64,000 bases of DNA from Octopus sinensis (taxonomy: Eukaryota), in contig NC_043007.1 in NCBI RefSeq assembly GCF_006345805.1, forward strand, positions 58,156,001 to 58,220,000, read 5' to 3'. The first letter of the stretch is position 1. Each line of letters begins with the position of its first letter. A program made the translations under genes and the position numbers. The notes under the pieces are model-generated. The model did no database searches. It saw nothing but the letters and a program-made list of their open reading frames with translations, and was not told the DNA's origin. Shown in pieces: positions 1-12,960 of the stretch.

Positions 1-124
1 CATAGAAATCCAGAGAGAGGCAAAGAAAAAGCAACGAGATACGAAAACAAGTCACACACAAATTCTTTCTTCTCAATCATGCACCATATACAACACGCTC
101 TTTATCTCTCTCTCTCTCTCTCTT

Positions 125-155
<31 letters not shown>

Positions 156-394
156 TATATATATATCTATATATATATATATATAGCTATATATATATAT
201 ATATCGGTCGCTCCTATACACACACAACATACACATGTACATACCCAGACTCTTTCTGAAATGCGCTAACATACACATATACACTCACACACACACACAC
301 ACAGATCACAACAGAGCACATAATGTATAATTGTCTGCAAATCATACTTATTATAGTTGAAGAACAGTAACATTATATATTATATTCCATACCA

Positions 395-425
<31 letters not shown>

Positions 426-461
426 CATATATGCATATATACATACATATATATATATATA

Positions 462-506
<45 letters not shown>

Positions 507-639
507 TATATACGTATATACATATATATAAATTTACACACACACACTTATATATATATATGCTGTGTATTTCTGCCAATTTCCATAAGATTATTTTACA
601 CAGAATGTTTATCAACCTAAACTGTTTTGTTCTCCTCAC

Positions 640-756
640 AGTATTTTTTATCCTTCCTAAATCGTGATGTTGCTGCTGTTGCTGCTGCTGCAGATGATGA
701 TGATGATGCTTTGAGAATAGGGAAGGGTTAGTTGGTGATAGTGGGGAGATTGACAT
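640..756 (-). CDS. Possible first coding exon of a His/Gln-rich host protein (39 codons)
   Basis: ATG at 756 with an in-frame upstream stop. Reads MSISPLSPTNPSLFSKHHHHHLQQQQQQQHHDLGRIKNT with mixed CAG/CAA codons, followed by a donor-like ACT|GTGAGG. No homology recognised. Confidence 0.22.
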
Positions 757-1501
757 TGACGGCAAAACCAAAGTTCTTCAGTCTTCAGTCTTCATTTCTT
801 TCCTTCTTTTTCTTTCATGTTTTTTGCTCACATTTTTTTCTTCAATATTTTTTTTGTTTCTGTGTTGCCATCATCAGGTCTTAACTTTTGACATAATAAA
901 TGTCTTTCTTCTTCCTATTTACTTCTTTGGAAATATATATTTTTTATCCAAACTCGGAATTTCTTTTCTTTCTCTTTGTATCATTTTTCTTCTTATTTGC
1001 TAGATTATCTCCACCCTCTCTACCTTCAACTTCTCACATAGCCAAATTTGTTTTGTATTGCTATAATTGATTATTTTTTTCTCCCCATACCTTAATCCAT
1101 TTCCATACATATCATTCCATTCCAAGCACATTGTTTTTTCTTCAGTATTCTCAAACATGCACATAGACATAACCAAGAAGCCAGCCAGCCAACCGACCGA
1201 CTACGATCCCGCAAATGGAAACACACTCAAATACACACACAGATACAGATACAGAAATAAGCATATACAATGACATACACACATGATTTTAATAGAATTA
1301 TTTATGTATTCAAGAGGGTTATATATTTCATTTAAAAAATAGTCAAAAATTCATACAAATACACACACACGCACACACACACACACACACAATACATACA
1401 TACATACATACATACATACATACATACATACATACATACATACATACATACACATACATACATACATATATACATACATATGCATGTATCTACAAATGTT
1501 G

Positions 1502-1549
<48 letters not shown>

Positions 1550-1794
1550 TTCTTACATACAAACATATATACATACTTACATATATACAACATGTATACA
1601 TGATTATATTTTTATATACTTAATGAAGTTTATTTGTGCAAAAATAAGTATGTATATATGTGTTTATACACACATGTAAATACGAACCTACGAATTTACA
1701 TACACATTTATAACTATCTATAACCCGTTGCTGAAGAGGCAATATTATATGCGGGTATTATTCAAATACATTTTGAGATAGATAGATAGATAGA

Positions 1795-1825
<31 letters not shown>

Positions 1826-1858
1826 CATACACACACATATATATATGTAGATATATAT

Positions 1859-1889
<31 letters not shown>

Positions 1890-1918
1890 ATGTATGTATA
1901 TATATATATATACATATG

Positions 1919-1962
<44 letters not shown>

Positions 1963-2610
1963 CTCACATACACATATATACTTATGTATACATATACGCA
2001 CATATAGAAGCATATATGCTTGTACTTGTATGTACACTATATATATATATATATATATATACATACATATATATATGCATGTATATATATATATAGATAT
2101 ATTTATAGATATATATACATATATGTCCATACATATGCATTTAATCGAGAAATATGTTCTAGGCATAGTGTCTACATTTCTTATAGCGCCTGAATTTTTT
2201 TCCTAAAAATATTGCCATGTTTAATCTGCCTGGCTTACTTTACATTCCTTGTAATTATATATTTAATTCGCTTTAACTCAACTTGCCACTTCCACTGGGA
2301 TCGAACCAAGGAGCTTTAACCCGGATATACACTTGTTTTATTGTACTTTCGATTCAGAGTCCATGGCATTTACTAAATATGATTTTATACATCACGTAAG
2401 TCTGCAGACGTGGTCTCATTGTTGATCGGGTAGATGAGCCACGTGCATTTGGCATTATTTTGTACTGGTCAGTTAGAACAGGTGCACATCCGCGTTAAAG
2501 AATACCTCTATGCCGATACTTCCTCCCCAAGTACAAAACACTTGCAGGAATGCCACACCCAAGACACCCACGTTTCCAGAGCTGACGGTTATGTTTAGGT
2601 GTCTTAAATA

Positions 2611-3729
2611 CGAGGGTGGACTGGAAAGGTAATAGGCTGCTAAAGCTGTGAAATCTTGCACGCATTAATTTCAACTCTTATTAATAACTGCATTATATCT
2701 TTCCAGGTAAACTGGTACATGATTGTTCAAAGAAAACTTCAAAAGTAACTAGTAGCGAATTCTCTTGAAAATGGACAAAATTTGACATCGTGGTTTCATC
2801 AAGTATCTCCAGGTTGCTACATTAAGCAATAACGCTCCAGCTTTATCAACAGTACAGAAGTAAGCAGCTGAATTTAAGAGGAGAAGGGAGAGTCTTGAAG
2901 ATGACCCAAGGTCTGGGCATTCTAAAATTGCCATCACCGAGGAAAATACTGATCGTGTTCACCACACTGAAATGGATGACGTATTTGACTATGAATCAAA
3001 TAGCCAATACTATTAATATATCTCGTGAGAGAGTTGAGAATATCTTGCACAATAAACTTAGCATGACAAACGTTTGTGCTCAGTAGGTGTCATGTCTCCT
3101 AACACCTGATTAAAAACGCACCAAGCTGATCACATCAAGAGAAAATCTGACATTGTTTGAGGCAGATCCAGCAGGTTTTCGTGAACGTTTCCTAAGCCAG
3201 GATGAGTGTTGGGCTTATCATTTCATCTGCAGGGAAGGGGATGGCCTCAATTTTTGTGATACAAAAGCATTGTATTTATTGACTATCTTCAAAAGAGTCA
3301 CACCATTAATGGAGAGTACTTTGTCAACTTGCCGAGGCAGTTACGAAAAGCTATCAAGACCAAACGCCCAAGAAAACTGACGAAAGGGGTTGTTTCTTGA
3401 GGACAATGCTCCAGCACACAAGTCCTTGATTTCAATGGCTGTTGTAAGTGTCTACAACTTTGATCTGGTTGATCAGCCTCCCTCTTCTCCTGATTATCAT
3501 TTGTTCCCCAACATGAAAAAACAAAAACACTCGCCTGGGAGCCAGTATTGCAGTGATTATGAGGTCATATCTGCTGTTGACTTTTTTGTCGAACAGAATG
3601 AGAGCTTGTTCATCAATGAGATCCATACACTGCAACACAGCAGTGGGAGTGAGGACTATGTTGAAAAGTAAGCCTCATTTGGTTACATGAGTATGTTGGT
3701 CAGCCTATAAAATATTCAGCCGACCTTCA
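2611..3729 (+). mobile_element. Decayed mariner transposon
   Basis: TA-flanked degenerate TIRs (cgagggtggactggaaaggtaataggctg / cagcctataaaatattcagccgaccttca). Transposase remnants EDDPRSG, FLEDNAPAHKS, SSPDYHLFPNMKK with stops and frameshifts. Confidence 0.88.
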
Positions 3730-4733
3730 TACTAAGTTCAAATCCCACTAATGTTTCTTTTGCCTTACATATTACCAGAATCAATAAAATAAAGTACCAA
3801 TCAAGTACTGACTGCTGACTGACAGATTGTCTAGTGTAGCGATTGAACTGGTTTGGAATGTTACGATATCTGTAATTGTTGTTGCTATAGTTATTGCTAT
3901 TGTTGTTGTTATTGTTGTCATTGTCGACGTCGTCATTGTAAAAATTTCATCGTTGTTATATATATTGTAATCATTGTATTTCTATTACCTTCTTGGTGTA
4001 GCTGCCATTGTTCTTAGCCTTGCTTTGTTGTTAATGTTGATGTTGTTGTTGTTGTTGTTGTTGCTATGTAATAAGTAGGCAAGCGATTAATTAAAATGAT
4101 AAACAGGAATTCTCAACTATCGCCCTAAAGGGGTCTATTTTCTCACCCATTTCGTAAGCTACATTGCTTACGCAATCAAATAAACAATTAGGTCGCTCAC
4201 AGCCAGCATTCTGATTGGTTCTGTTGGAAGTGTAGATTATTGTCGATAGCGTGTATGTGTATGTGTGTGTATGTGTACATATACATGTATATATATATAT
4301 ATATATATATTAAGGTATGTAGAAAAATACAACATGGACAAGAACGATGTATATATGAATAAATGTGTATGTTGTATGCATCTATAAATATGTGTATGCA
4401 AGCAATACAGGTTTATCTTATCTACCTTCTCACTTTCTCTTCAATCTACAATATATAAATTATTAATGTACACGCGTATAGAACAGTCTTAGTCCGTTTT
4501 ATCACGTACATGCGTGCATATGTTTACACAGGCATACATATGCATATATCCCTCTCGGCTCTTGAGTCACTATGTGACTTCTGCCAGTTATTAATAAAAT
4601 ATATATATGTATATACACTTATGTTTTGAGTTCTAATTTCCTGTTTGCATCACCAAATTGTTATATATATATTGATAAAAATGGTAAGACAACAAAAGAA
4701 AGAGATCTCGATATTATGTAAATAGACGAATTT

Positions 4734-4979
4734 ATCAGTAAATATATGACATTTATTCGGTAGCCATGATAAAACTCCGAGTTTCGGATGTCGGGGCGAA
4801 GACCCACGCCGCTATCTCTTCAGTTATCCGGCCATCGAAAAAATGCTGCTATCTAGATAGCATTTTTTCCGATGGCCGGATAACTAAAGAGACAGCGGCG
4901 TGGGTTTCCGCCCCGACATCCGAAACTCTGAGTTTTATCATGGTTACCGAATAATTGTCACATATTATATTTACAGATA
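4734..4979. repeat. ~245 bp fold-back palindrome carrying hammerhead motifs
   Basis: Left arm ttattcggtagccatgataaaactccgagtttcggatgtcggggcg is the reverse complement of the right arm cgccccgacatccgaaactctgagttttatcatggttaccgaataa. Centre is gctatctagatagc. Confidence 0.93.
4768..4828 (-). ncRNA. Type I hammerhead ribozyme motif (minimal stem III)
   Basis: Minus strand reads gataa-CTGAAGA-gat[agcggcgtgggtcttcgccccgac]atc-c-GAAA-ctcggag-TT-ttatc. Stem I gataa/ttatc; GUU cleavage triplet. Confidence 0.6.
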
Positions 4980-5331
4980 CACACACACACACACACACAC
5001 ACGCATAGATAAATGCTTATATACACATACATATAGATATGTATACATAAAGGTTTTCTGTGTTTCTCCCGAGCTATCATAAAAGCAATTTCCATTAAAC
5101 TAAAGGATTATTTTATACTTTTATTGAGTATATATGTGTTATGCATTTGCAAGAAGAGCGCTGACAGTCCGCTAAAACCTATCAGGCTGAAATTTCGAGA
5201 TCACTGTCCTCTTCCAAAGGTGAATAATATGTATGTGTGTGACTGCGTTTATATATATGTATGTGTATTTGTGTATTTATAAATATATATATGTGTGTGT
5301 GTGTATAAATATATATGTGTATATATATATA

Positions 5332-5364
<33 letters not shown>

Positions 5365-5424
5365 GAGTGAGCGTGTGTGTGAGAGAGTGTGTGCCTTTGT
5401 GTCTATGTGTGTGTGTGTCTATGT

Positions 5425-5620
5425 TTGTGTCTGTCTCCTTCCAGCGCTTCATAACCGATATTGGTGTCTTTACGTTCCCATAAGCCTGAGAATCTGCGAA
5501 AAAGACTGATAGAATTAGTACTAGGCTTCCAAAAAAAAAAAAGTCCGAAATACGATTTGTTCGACTAAAAGCCCTGCAGCGTGGTGCCCCATCATGGCCG
5601 CGAGTAAAAGAAGAAAAAAA
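5425..5620 (+). mobile_element. SINE 3' half (same family as 12583-12960)
   Basis: ttggtgtctttacgttccc...gatagaattagtactaggctt...gtggtgccccatcatggccgc matches the 12.8-12.95 kb copy. Confidence 0.7.
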
Positions 5621-5759
5621 ACGAGTAAAAGAAAAAAACGTATATATATATATATACGTATGCATGTATAAATGTACGTACGTATGTATGTATATATGTA
5701 TGCATGTATGTATGCTTGTATGTACATATGTACGCATGAATGTATGTATGTATGTATGT

Positions 5760-5840
<81 letters not shown>

Positions 5841-7018
5841 GACATTCACATAGATATATATTCACACACACACACATTCGCACAGTCATACACACTTATA
5901 CGCACGGTGTCAAACAAACACAAACTACCCTTGTATATGAAGAAGTCACTGAGCAAGGGAGTTAAGAAAGGTGTGAAACATCACAACCAAACAATTAAAT
6001 GATTACAAGAAAGAATGGGCGATTTCTTGTGCGAAGAATATATTACAAAGCCGTAACAATGGTAATTGGCTAGAAGATTAAATAACGACTGAATTCTAAG
6101 AGGAAGAGGGCGGTGTGGTGTGTTGACGACCGGAAAGCGAGAGAAAAAATACAGCGTTTGATGGAAGAAGGAAATAAAATGTTTTTGTGTGTATGCGTGT
6201 GCGTCTATGTGTGCGTCTATGTGCATGTGTGTGTGGAGGAAAGGCTTAGCTGAATCAAAAGACATCAATAGGTGTCTTGTGTTCTTTCCGTAAACCCTCC
6301 TCCTGCCACTCTCTACAGTTCTACTTCTCCTTCCTCTGCTGCCACTCCCTTTTATCAGCTACCAGCACCATCACGCACACCCTATTTACTTTGGCAAACA
6401 CTATCAACACTATCTCCACCACCACCACCATTATCGCGACAGGCACCACCGCCACCGCCGCCACCGCTACCACCATCACCAATGGCGGTGACAGTGACTA
6501 CAACAGCAACTGCTAAAACAATTAACTAAGCAAACACAACCATCAACGCCCACTAAATTCTTGTCACCTGCACATACACACGCGCACGTACATATGTTGA
6601 TGTGCATGTACACACACACATACACTCACACAAATTTACCTACATATACATACATATACAGGCACAAACCTACATATATATGCACACACACCAACATACA
6701 TACATACATACATACATACATACATACATACACACGTGTCTATAAACTTACATAAGGGGGGTGTATGCACCCGCCTGAGTATGTGTATGCGTATTAAAAT
6801 GACTATGTCTATATAAACAAATACATATGTGTGGAGGGGGTGTATGCATAATTTAATATTTTATTATTTTATATAAATATACCGAATATGTATCCACAAA
6901 TAATTATAATCCTAAATAATTATATGCACACAGACACACGTATATACATATATACAAAACATTATATATGTATACACATACACAAGTGTGTGCATGTATG
7001 TATATAAGTATGTGTATA

Positions 7019-7060
<42 letters not shown>

Positions 7061-7229
7061 GTGTGTGTGTGTGTGTGTGTGCATATATATGCATATATTC
7101 ATGCTTATATATGCATATGAGTACAGGACATCACCAACTGCGTAAACAACATGAACTACGAAAAGAAATGAGTTAAATACGCAAACAAGGTGAGAGAAAA
7201 TTGGAAAACAGGACAAGTATATATATATG

Positions 7230-7296
<67 letters not shown>

Positions 7297-7715
7297 GTGT
7301 GTATGTGTGTGTGTATGTATGTATGCATGTATAGATGTAAGTTTGTACATATACGTATGTATGCATGTGTATATATATATATATATACAAACATACACAC
7401 ACTGATGACATATTCAGATATGCTCTTGTTTATATTGAAACTGACGTTTTTTATACATCTAATATCGAACAAGACTACGATTCTGTATTAAACATTTTGT
7501 TATATTCAGGAAGCCATCATGTATCCTTAGTAGTTATATATGTTTTGAGACAAAAAATATGTCCCATAAATCGATTTACGTTTCCTGACTTTCTCAGTGT
7601 TAACTCCTCAGAAAATAGTTTTGTGTCGATGATTGTTGCCGTTTTTACTTTAGCCGAGGATTATGGAAAACAATGACGTGCCTGCTTTCCAATTATTTTT
7701 GCTGAATATTTTAGT

Positions 7716-7787
<72 letters not shown>

Positions 7788-7830
7788 CAACGGCGGTGCA
7801 TCAGCATGGCCGCAGCTCTGAGCTGAAACT

Positions 7831-7869
<39 letters not shown>

Positions 7870-8246
7870 GAGTTCAGGTTTTATTGAAAACATTTCTTAT
7901 AGGAGAATCGAAAAAGTAATTCAACTTTAATGTAACTCAAGAAAAACCTAATAGTTATTTACACACGAACCTTATATTAATATTATATCAAATAAACCAT
8001 ATGAACTCTGACTAAAGAATAAATAAATATCCCATCAAACAAAGTATACATCCCTCTCAACCATCAATTTGCATAAATAATATATTAGGAAAAGCATTAC
8101 GAAAAAGTCATAATAAGCCTCATCAACGGCAAAGCAAATGATGCAACTGGCCTTCAAACGACTGATGTAATTTACAAGTTTTATAGCAACATGATAACTG
8201 TAGACTTCATATACATGTATGTGCATGCGTGTGTGTATGTATGTGT

Positions 8247-8293
<47 letters not shown>

Positions 8294-8525
8294 AAAAGGT
8301 TACATTATATTTCATCCTTTATTTTGTGGGGTTCCAAAGGGCAATTTCTAACAAAGATTTTTCATATTTTGCTGGTACCTTAATGGCGTAAGATTTTTGC
8401 GAATATGAAATTATTACATGTATATGGGGTGTTGTGAGAATTTAAGGAAAGATATCCCATAGAAACACAACAAATATGTTAAAAATGGAGAAGAGATGTT
8501 AAAATTTGAAAGAATTTTAATACAT

Positions 8526-8631
8526 GCATACGATCGTTTCAAACAGCGATATTAACATGTAAAAAACATGGGAGAATGAATAAATAATTGATTAAATTAA
8601 ATCAATTATATAACGCTGTTCTCCTCAGTGC
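8526..8631 (-). ncRNA. Type I hammerhead ribozyme motif with very long stem II
   Basis: Minus strand reads gca-CTGAGGA-gaacagcg[~65 nt]cgctgttt-GAAA-cgatcg-TA-tgc. Complete core, palindromic stem III, GUA site, 3-bp stem I. Confidence 0.68.
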
Positions 8632-8818
8632 GAGAAGTGTACAAAAAAACTATTATTATTACAGAATACTTCATGAAAGAAATAGCAGATACCATTTTCG
8701 GATATACATATTTTATCTTTATGAAAATTTGAGAGCGTACTAAAGAATGTTGTTGAGTCTAGTTGAGTGGACTAAAGCTTATATTATATATTATATTTTA
8801 TTATTATTATTATTATTA

Positions 8819-8893
<75 letters not shown>

Positions 8894-8896
8894 TTC

Positions 8897-9416
8897 GTAT
8901 ACTTAATGTATACGCTTTGTGAATTTTCCTGTGGTTGAAATAGCGTGGTGTAGTATATATACTTTCAAACCGACGAGTATAAAACACCTCGGACATGGGA
9001 AGGCAAGATAACCCATCTTCAATCCTAGTTGAGGGTAATGGACACCGGGTGTTTCACCATTTTTGTGGCTTGTCAACAGCACCTACCCGCCTGGATTGAA
9101 GGCATGTGACCCAGCTAATCCACGGCTTGTAAAATCATGCTCATGGCTTGTAAAATCATGTTCATGGCTTGTAAAATCATGAGCTGGAATGCCCAGAAAC
9201 TGCATATCTAAGAGAACATTTATATATCAAATAAAAGCAGCTCTAGTATAATAAATATTATTACTGCATATACTTAATGTATATGCTTTGTGTATTTTCT
9301 GGTTATCTTACCTGTCCATGACTGAGGTGTTTTACATCCAGCAGTTTGAGAGTATATATACTCCTCATGCTATTGCAGCCACCGGAATATACACAAAGCA
9401 TACACATTAAGCATAT
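8897..9416. repeat. Diverged inverted repeat (arms ~8897-9013 and ~9301-9416) enclosing a degenerate hammerhead and a 3x ~21 bp tandem repeat
   Basis: Arms align by eye (cttaatgtatacgctttgtg...aagataacc vs ggttatctt...cacaaagcatacacattaag). ggcttgtaaaatcatg occurs three times at 9124-9181. Confidence 0.8.
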
Positions 9417-9454
9417 TTAGTTAATAATATTTGTTACACTAAAGCTGCTTTTAT

Positions 9455-9578
<124 letters not shown>

Positions 9579-9644
9579 TACGTTTATATATTTGTTTTGC
9601 AAGATTTTTTATGTGAAATCGTGTGTTGAAACAGATATTGTTGT

Positions 9645-10313
9645 ATTTACGAATGGTCATTTTGCCAGTTTAGCCAATAAAAACACACGCACTATATATT
9701 TGGTGCTACTTTGCTTCAGCGTTATTTACATTAATCTTAATCTTATATCGGCCAGAGTTCTTTCGTCACACTCCTGTGACCTCATCAGTGGTACTTTGCT
9801 TTCTTCTTTCTTATTCGTGTGTCTCTCCCTACTAAAGATCAGCCATTTTGTATTTTGTATTCCTATTGTATGTGTCTTCATTTGCGCATGCGTATACCTC
9901 TATGTGTGTCTATGTTTAGTTAGTGTGTGGGGGGAGTGCCTGTAATATTTGTATCCCCTGTTTATATACGTTTGTGTAATTTGTTTTTGTTTTTGTTTTT
10001 TTATTTTGTTCGTGTGTTTACACCTACTCATTATTATTATCATTATTATTATTATTATTTTGCACAAATGAAGACACATACAATAGGAATACAAAATACA
10101 AAATGGCTTACCATTAGTAAGGAGAGACATACGAATAAGAAAGAAGAAAGCAAAGGACCACTGATGTGGTCACAGGAGTGTGACGAAAGAACTCTGGCCG
10201 AAATAAGATTAAGATTAATGTAAAACATAAATAACGCTGTAGCAAAGTAACACCAAATATATAGTGCGTGTGTTTTTATTGGCTAAACTGGCAAAATGAC
10301 CATTCCTAAATAC
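9645..10313. repeat. Inverted repeat with ~240 bp arms (~9645-9888, ~10060-10313), one hammerhead motif per arm
   Basis: gaatggtcattttgccagtttagccaataaaaacacacgcactatatatttggtg...gtgtcttcatttgcgca is mirrored by tgcacaaatgaagacac...ggctaaactggcaaaatgaccattc. Confidence 0.92.
9752..9791 (-). ncRNA. Minimal type I hammerhead ribozyme motif
   Basis: Minus strand reads cca-CTGATGA-g-gtcaca(ggag)tgtgac-GAAA-gaac-TC-tgg. The mirror copy at 10158-10197 (+) has CTGATGT, a core mutation. Confidence 0.68.
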
Positions 10314-10317
10314 AATA

Positions 10318-10426
<109 letters not shown>

Positions 10427-10682
10427 TGTATGTATGTATGTATGTATGTATATATAAATTTAAAATAATAAGGGTGAAATATTAATTTGATTAATATCAA
10501 TTTAAAACCAGTGGTCTAGCATATTTAAAAATCTGAAGTTTCAGAAAAAATTATAAAGAGAATTAGAGAAAAGAAGAGAGAAGAAACGAAGGAAGAGAGA
10601 GAACAGTATAGAGAGTCGAATCAAAATCATTAAGATAAACTTACTTGGAAATGGACGCGTGGCGTTCAATCATATAATAAAG

Positions 10683-10776
<94 letters not shown>

Positions 10777-10837
10777 TATATATATATGCATATATACATA
10801 CATATATACTTATATATATATATACATATGCATATAT

Positions 10838-11038
10838 GGGTACAGGACATCATAAAATGTAAACAACATGAAATACGAAATACGAACTTTTTGCGAACAA
10901 CGAAAGAAGCAAAGGGAAAACGACAAGTAACATAAAGAATAACCCTTCATCAGTTGTCGGCTGTTTTATCTAATCCACATTTTGAACAATTACAAGATGT
11001 GTCTTCGAGAAACAGTTGCTCCCGCAAAGCAAAATAAT
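10838..11038 (-). repeat. Dispersed repeat (Penelope-like terminus?), also at ~7118-7220
   Basis: gtacaggacatca...gtaaacaacatgaa.tacgaaa...gaaaac(ag)gacaagta is shared by both loci. CTGATGAAGGG lies on the minus strand near 10950 but has no intact GAAA partner. Confidence 0.5.
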
Positions 11039-11476
11039 ATATATGTATGTATATATATTTCCACCATGGGTCATCACAATTGCTTAAGGTAAAAATGAAT
11101 TCCTCGCTCTTTCGGAAACATCAATCTTCTGTATTGACCGCTTTCCACCACTTTGATCTGTTTTTTGTATTGAATACGTATCGCCACCGTGGGCCACTGC
11201 ATCGAACACTTTGAACATATACTTCAAACTATATATCAACTATACATGAACTCTAAGATGTCTGACTCCGTTGTGTATTATAAATGAATTTCTGGTGTTT
11301 GACGGCATGAGCTGTCTCTTTTTTATATATAACTTTTTTTGATAAGCTTCATTTCAGGAACTGAAACATGTTATAATGTATATATAAAAATTAAAAATTG
11401 TATAATACAGCAGCATTTTCGAACTTCATTTTTTACAAATATATACCTACTCGTATACGAGCTAATCCTATTATAA

Positions 11477-11640
<164 letters not shown>

Positions 11641-11694
11641 GTATGTATGTATGTGTGTGTGAGTGTCTGTGTGTGTGTATGGATGGATGGATGG

Positions 11695-12530
11695 ATGTAG
11701 AGAGAGAGATTGTATAGGGTACAATTATGCTTCAGGGCACAGAAGATACCATGCCTATATACTGAAAGTAGACACCAAATACGTCTAACCACTGCAGATA
11801 TTCACTCCTCATATATACACAGGTTGAAAACGGGAAAGCAAACTGACTAAAAATTCATAAAATAATTAAAACAATTTGGATTGACGTATTCGGCGTCTAC
11901 TTTCAGCAAATAAGCATGGTAGCGTCTGTGCTCTTAAGTATAATTGTACCCTATACAATTCTATATTTCTATATATGTATTTTACCGAAAATGATTTTTT
12001 ATATGCTGGGCACTGATAAAATTCATTAGTTTTAATGATTTTATCTTTTAATTATGTTTAAATATAACCCATTCACTTCGGGTCAGTTTATTTACCCCTA
12101 TACTATTCTGAGCAAATATACACGTGTTGAGGTGGACTGCGAAATTCGATGTGTATATATTTATGAATATGTACTTGCATTTTGCACGTACTTTCCTGTG
12201 GGTATGTACAAATATTTGCATTTATTTCGCTGATAAAGGAAAAGTTATCAAACTAATCCAAAAATTGATCAATCCAAAATTATCTTAATTATTTTATGAA
12301 TTTTTAGTCAGTCTGCTTTCCCACTTTCAACCTGTGTATACATGTGGAGTGAATATCTGAAGTGGTTGGACGTGCGTGGCATCTACTTTTAGCATATAGA
12401 CATGATAGTTTCTGTGCCCTTTATACAATTATATCTCTCTCTATATGCATTTTACCTAAAAAAAATTTTTTATATGCTGGCCACGGATGAAATTCATTAG
12501 TTTGAGTAATTTTATCCTCTAATTATGTTT
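11695..12530. repeat. Compound inverted plus direct repeat element
   Basis: 11695-11870 is inverted relative to 12286-12450 (cagatattcactcc...caggttgaaa...ctgactaaaaattcataaaataattaa). 11882-12060 is directly repeated at 12365-12530. Confidence 0.85.
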
Positions 12531-12582
12531 GTATATATGCTGTATATCTGTATATATACGCTGTATATATGTGTACGTAGCA

Positions 12583-12960
12583 TTTTGCTAACCAACCACA
12601 TGGTTCCGGGTTCAGTCCCACTGCGTGGCATCTTGGGCAAGTGTCTTCTGCTATAGCCCCGAGCCGACCAATGCCTTGTGAGTGGATTTGGTAGACGGAA
12701 ACTGAAAGAAGCCTGTCGTATATATGTATATATATATATAAGTGTGTGTGTATATGTTTGTGTGTCTGTGTTTGTGCCCCTAGCATTGTTTGACAACCGA
12801 TGCTGGTGTGTTTACGTCCCCGTCACTTAGCGGTTCGGCAAAAGAGACCGATAGAATAAGTACTGGGCTTACAAAGAATAAGTCCCGGGGTCGATTTGCT
12901 CGACTAAAGGCGGTGCTCCAGCATGGCCGCAGTCAAATGACTGAAACAAGTAAAAGAGAA
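12583..12960 (+). mobile_element. tRNA-derived SINE (octopus OR1-like), near full length
   Basis: B-box-like ggttcagtccc, core cttgggcaagtgtcttc, internal microsatellite, tail cagcatggccgcagtcaaatgactgaaacaagtaaaaga. Multiple copies in the window. Confidence 0.85.

Noticed and set aside
5155-5215. CTGACAG...GAAA-tttcgaga-TC
   Set aside because: Core deviates from CUGANGA and stems I and II are poor.
7400-7450. CTGATGA-catat...atatt-GAAAC-tgac-GTT hammerhead-like string
   Set aside because: Stem I does not pair; at most a truncated relic.
7572-7616. Minus-strand CTGAGGA...GAAAC-GTA string
   Set aside because: Stem II is not anchored at the core and stem I is only 2 bp.
9122-9182. Three ~21-bp repeats, considered as CRISPR-like
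   Set aside because: Head-to-tail with no unique spacers; eukaryotic context; no cas genes.
11338-11375. TTGATAA...GAAACATGTT
   Set aside because: Two core changes and no convincing stems.
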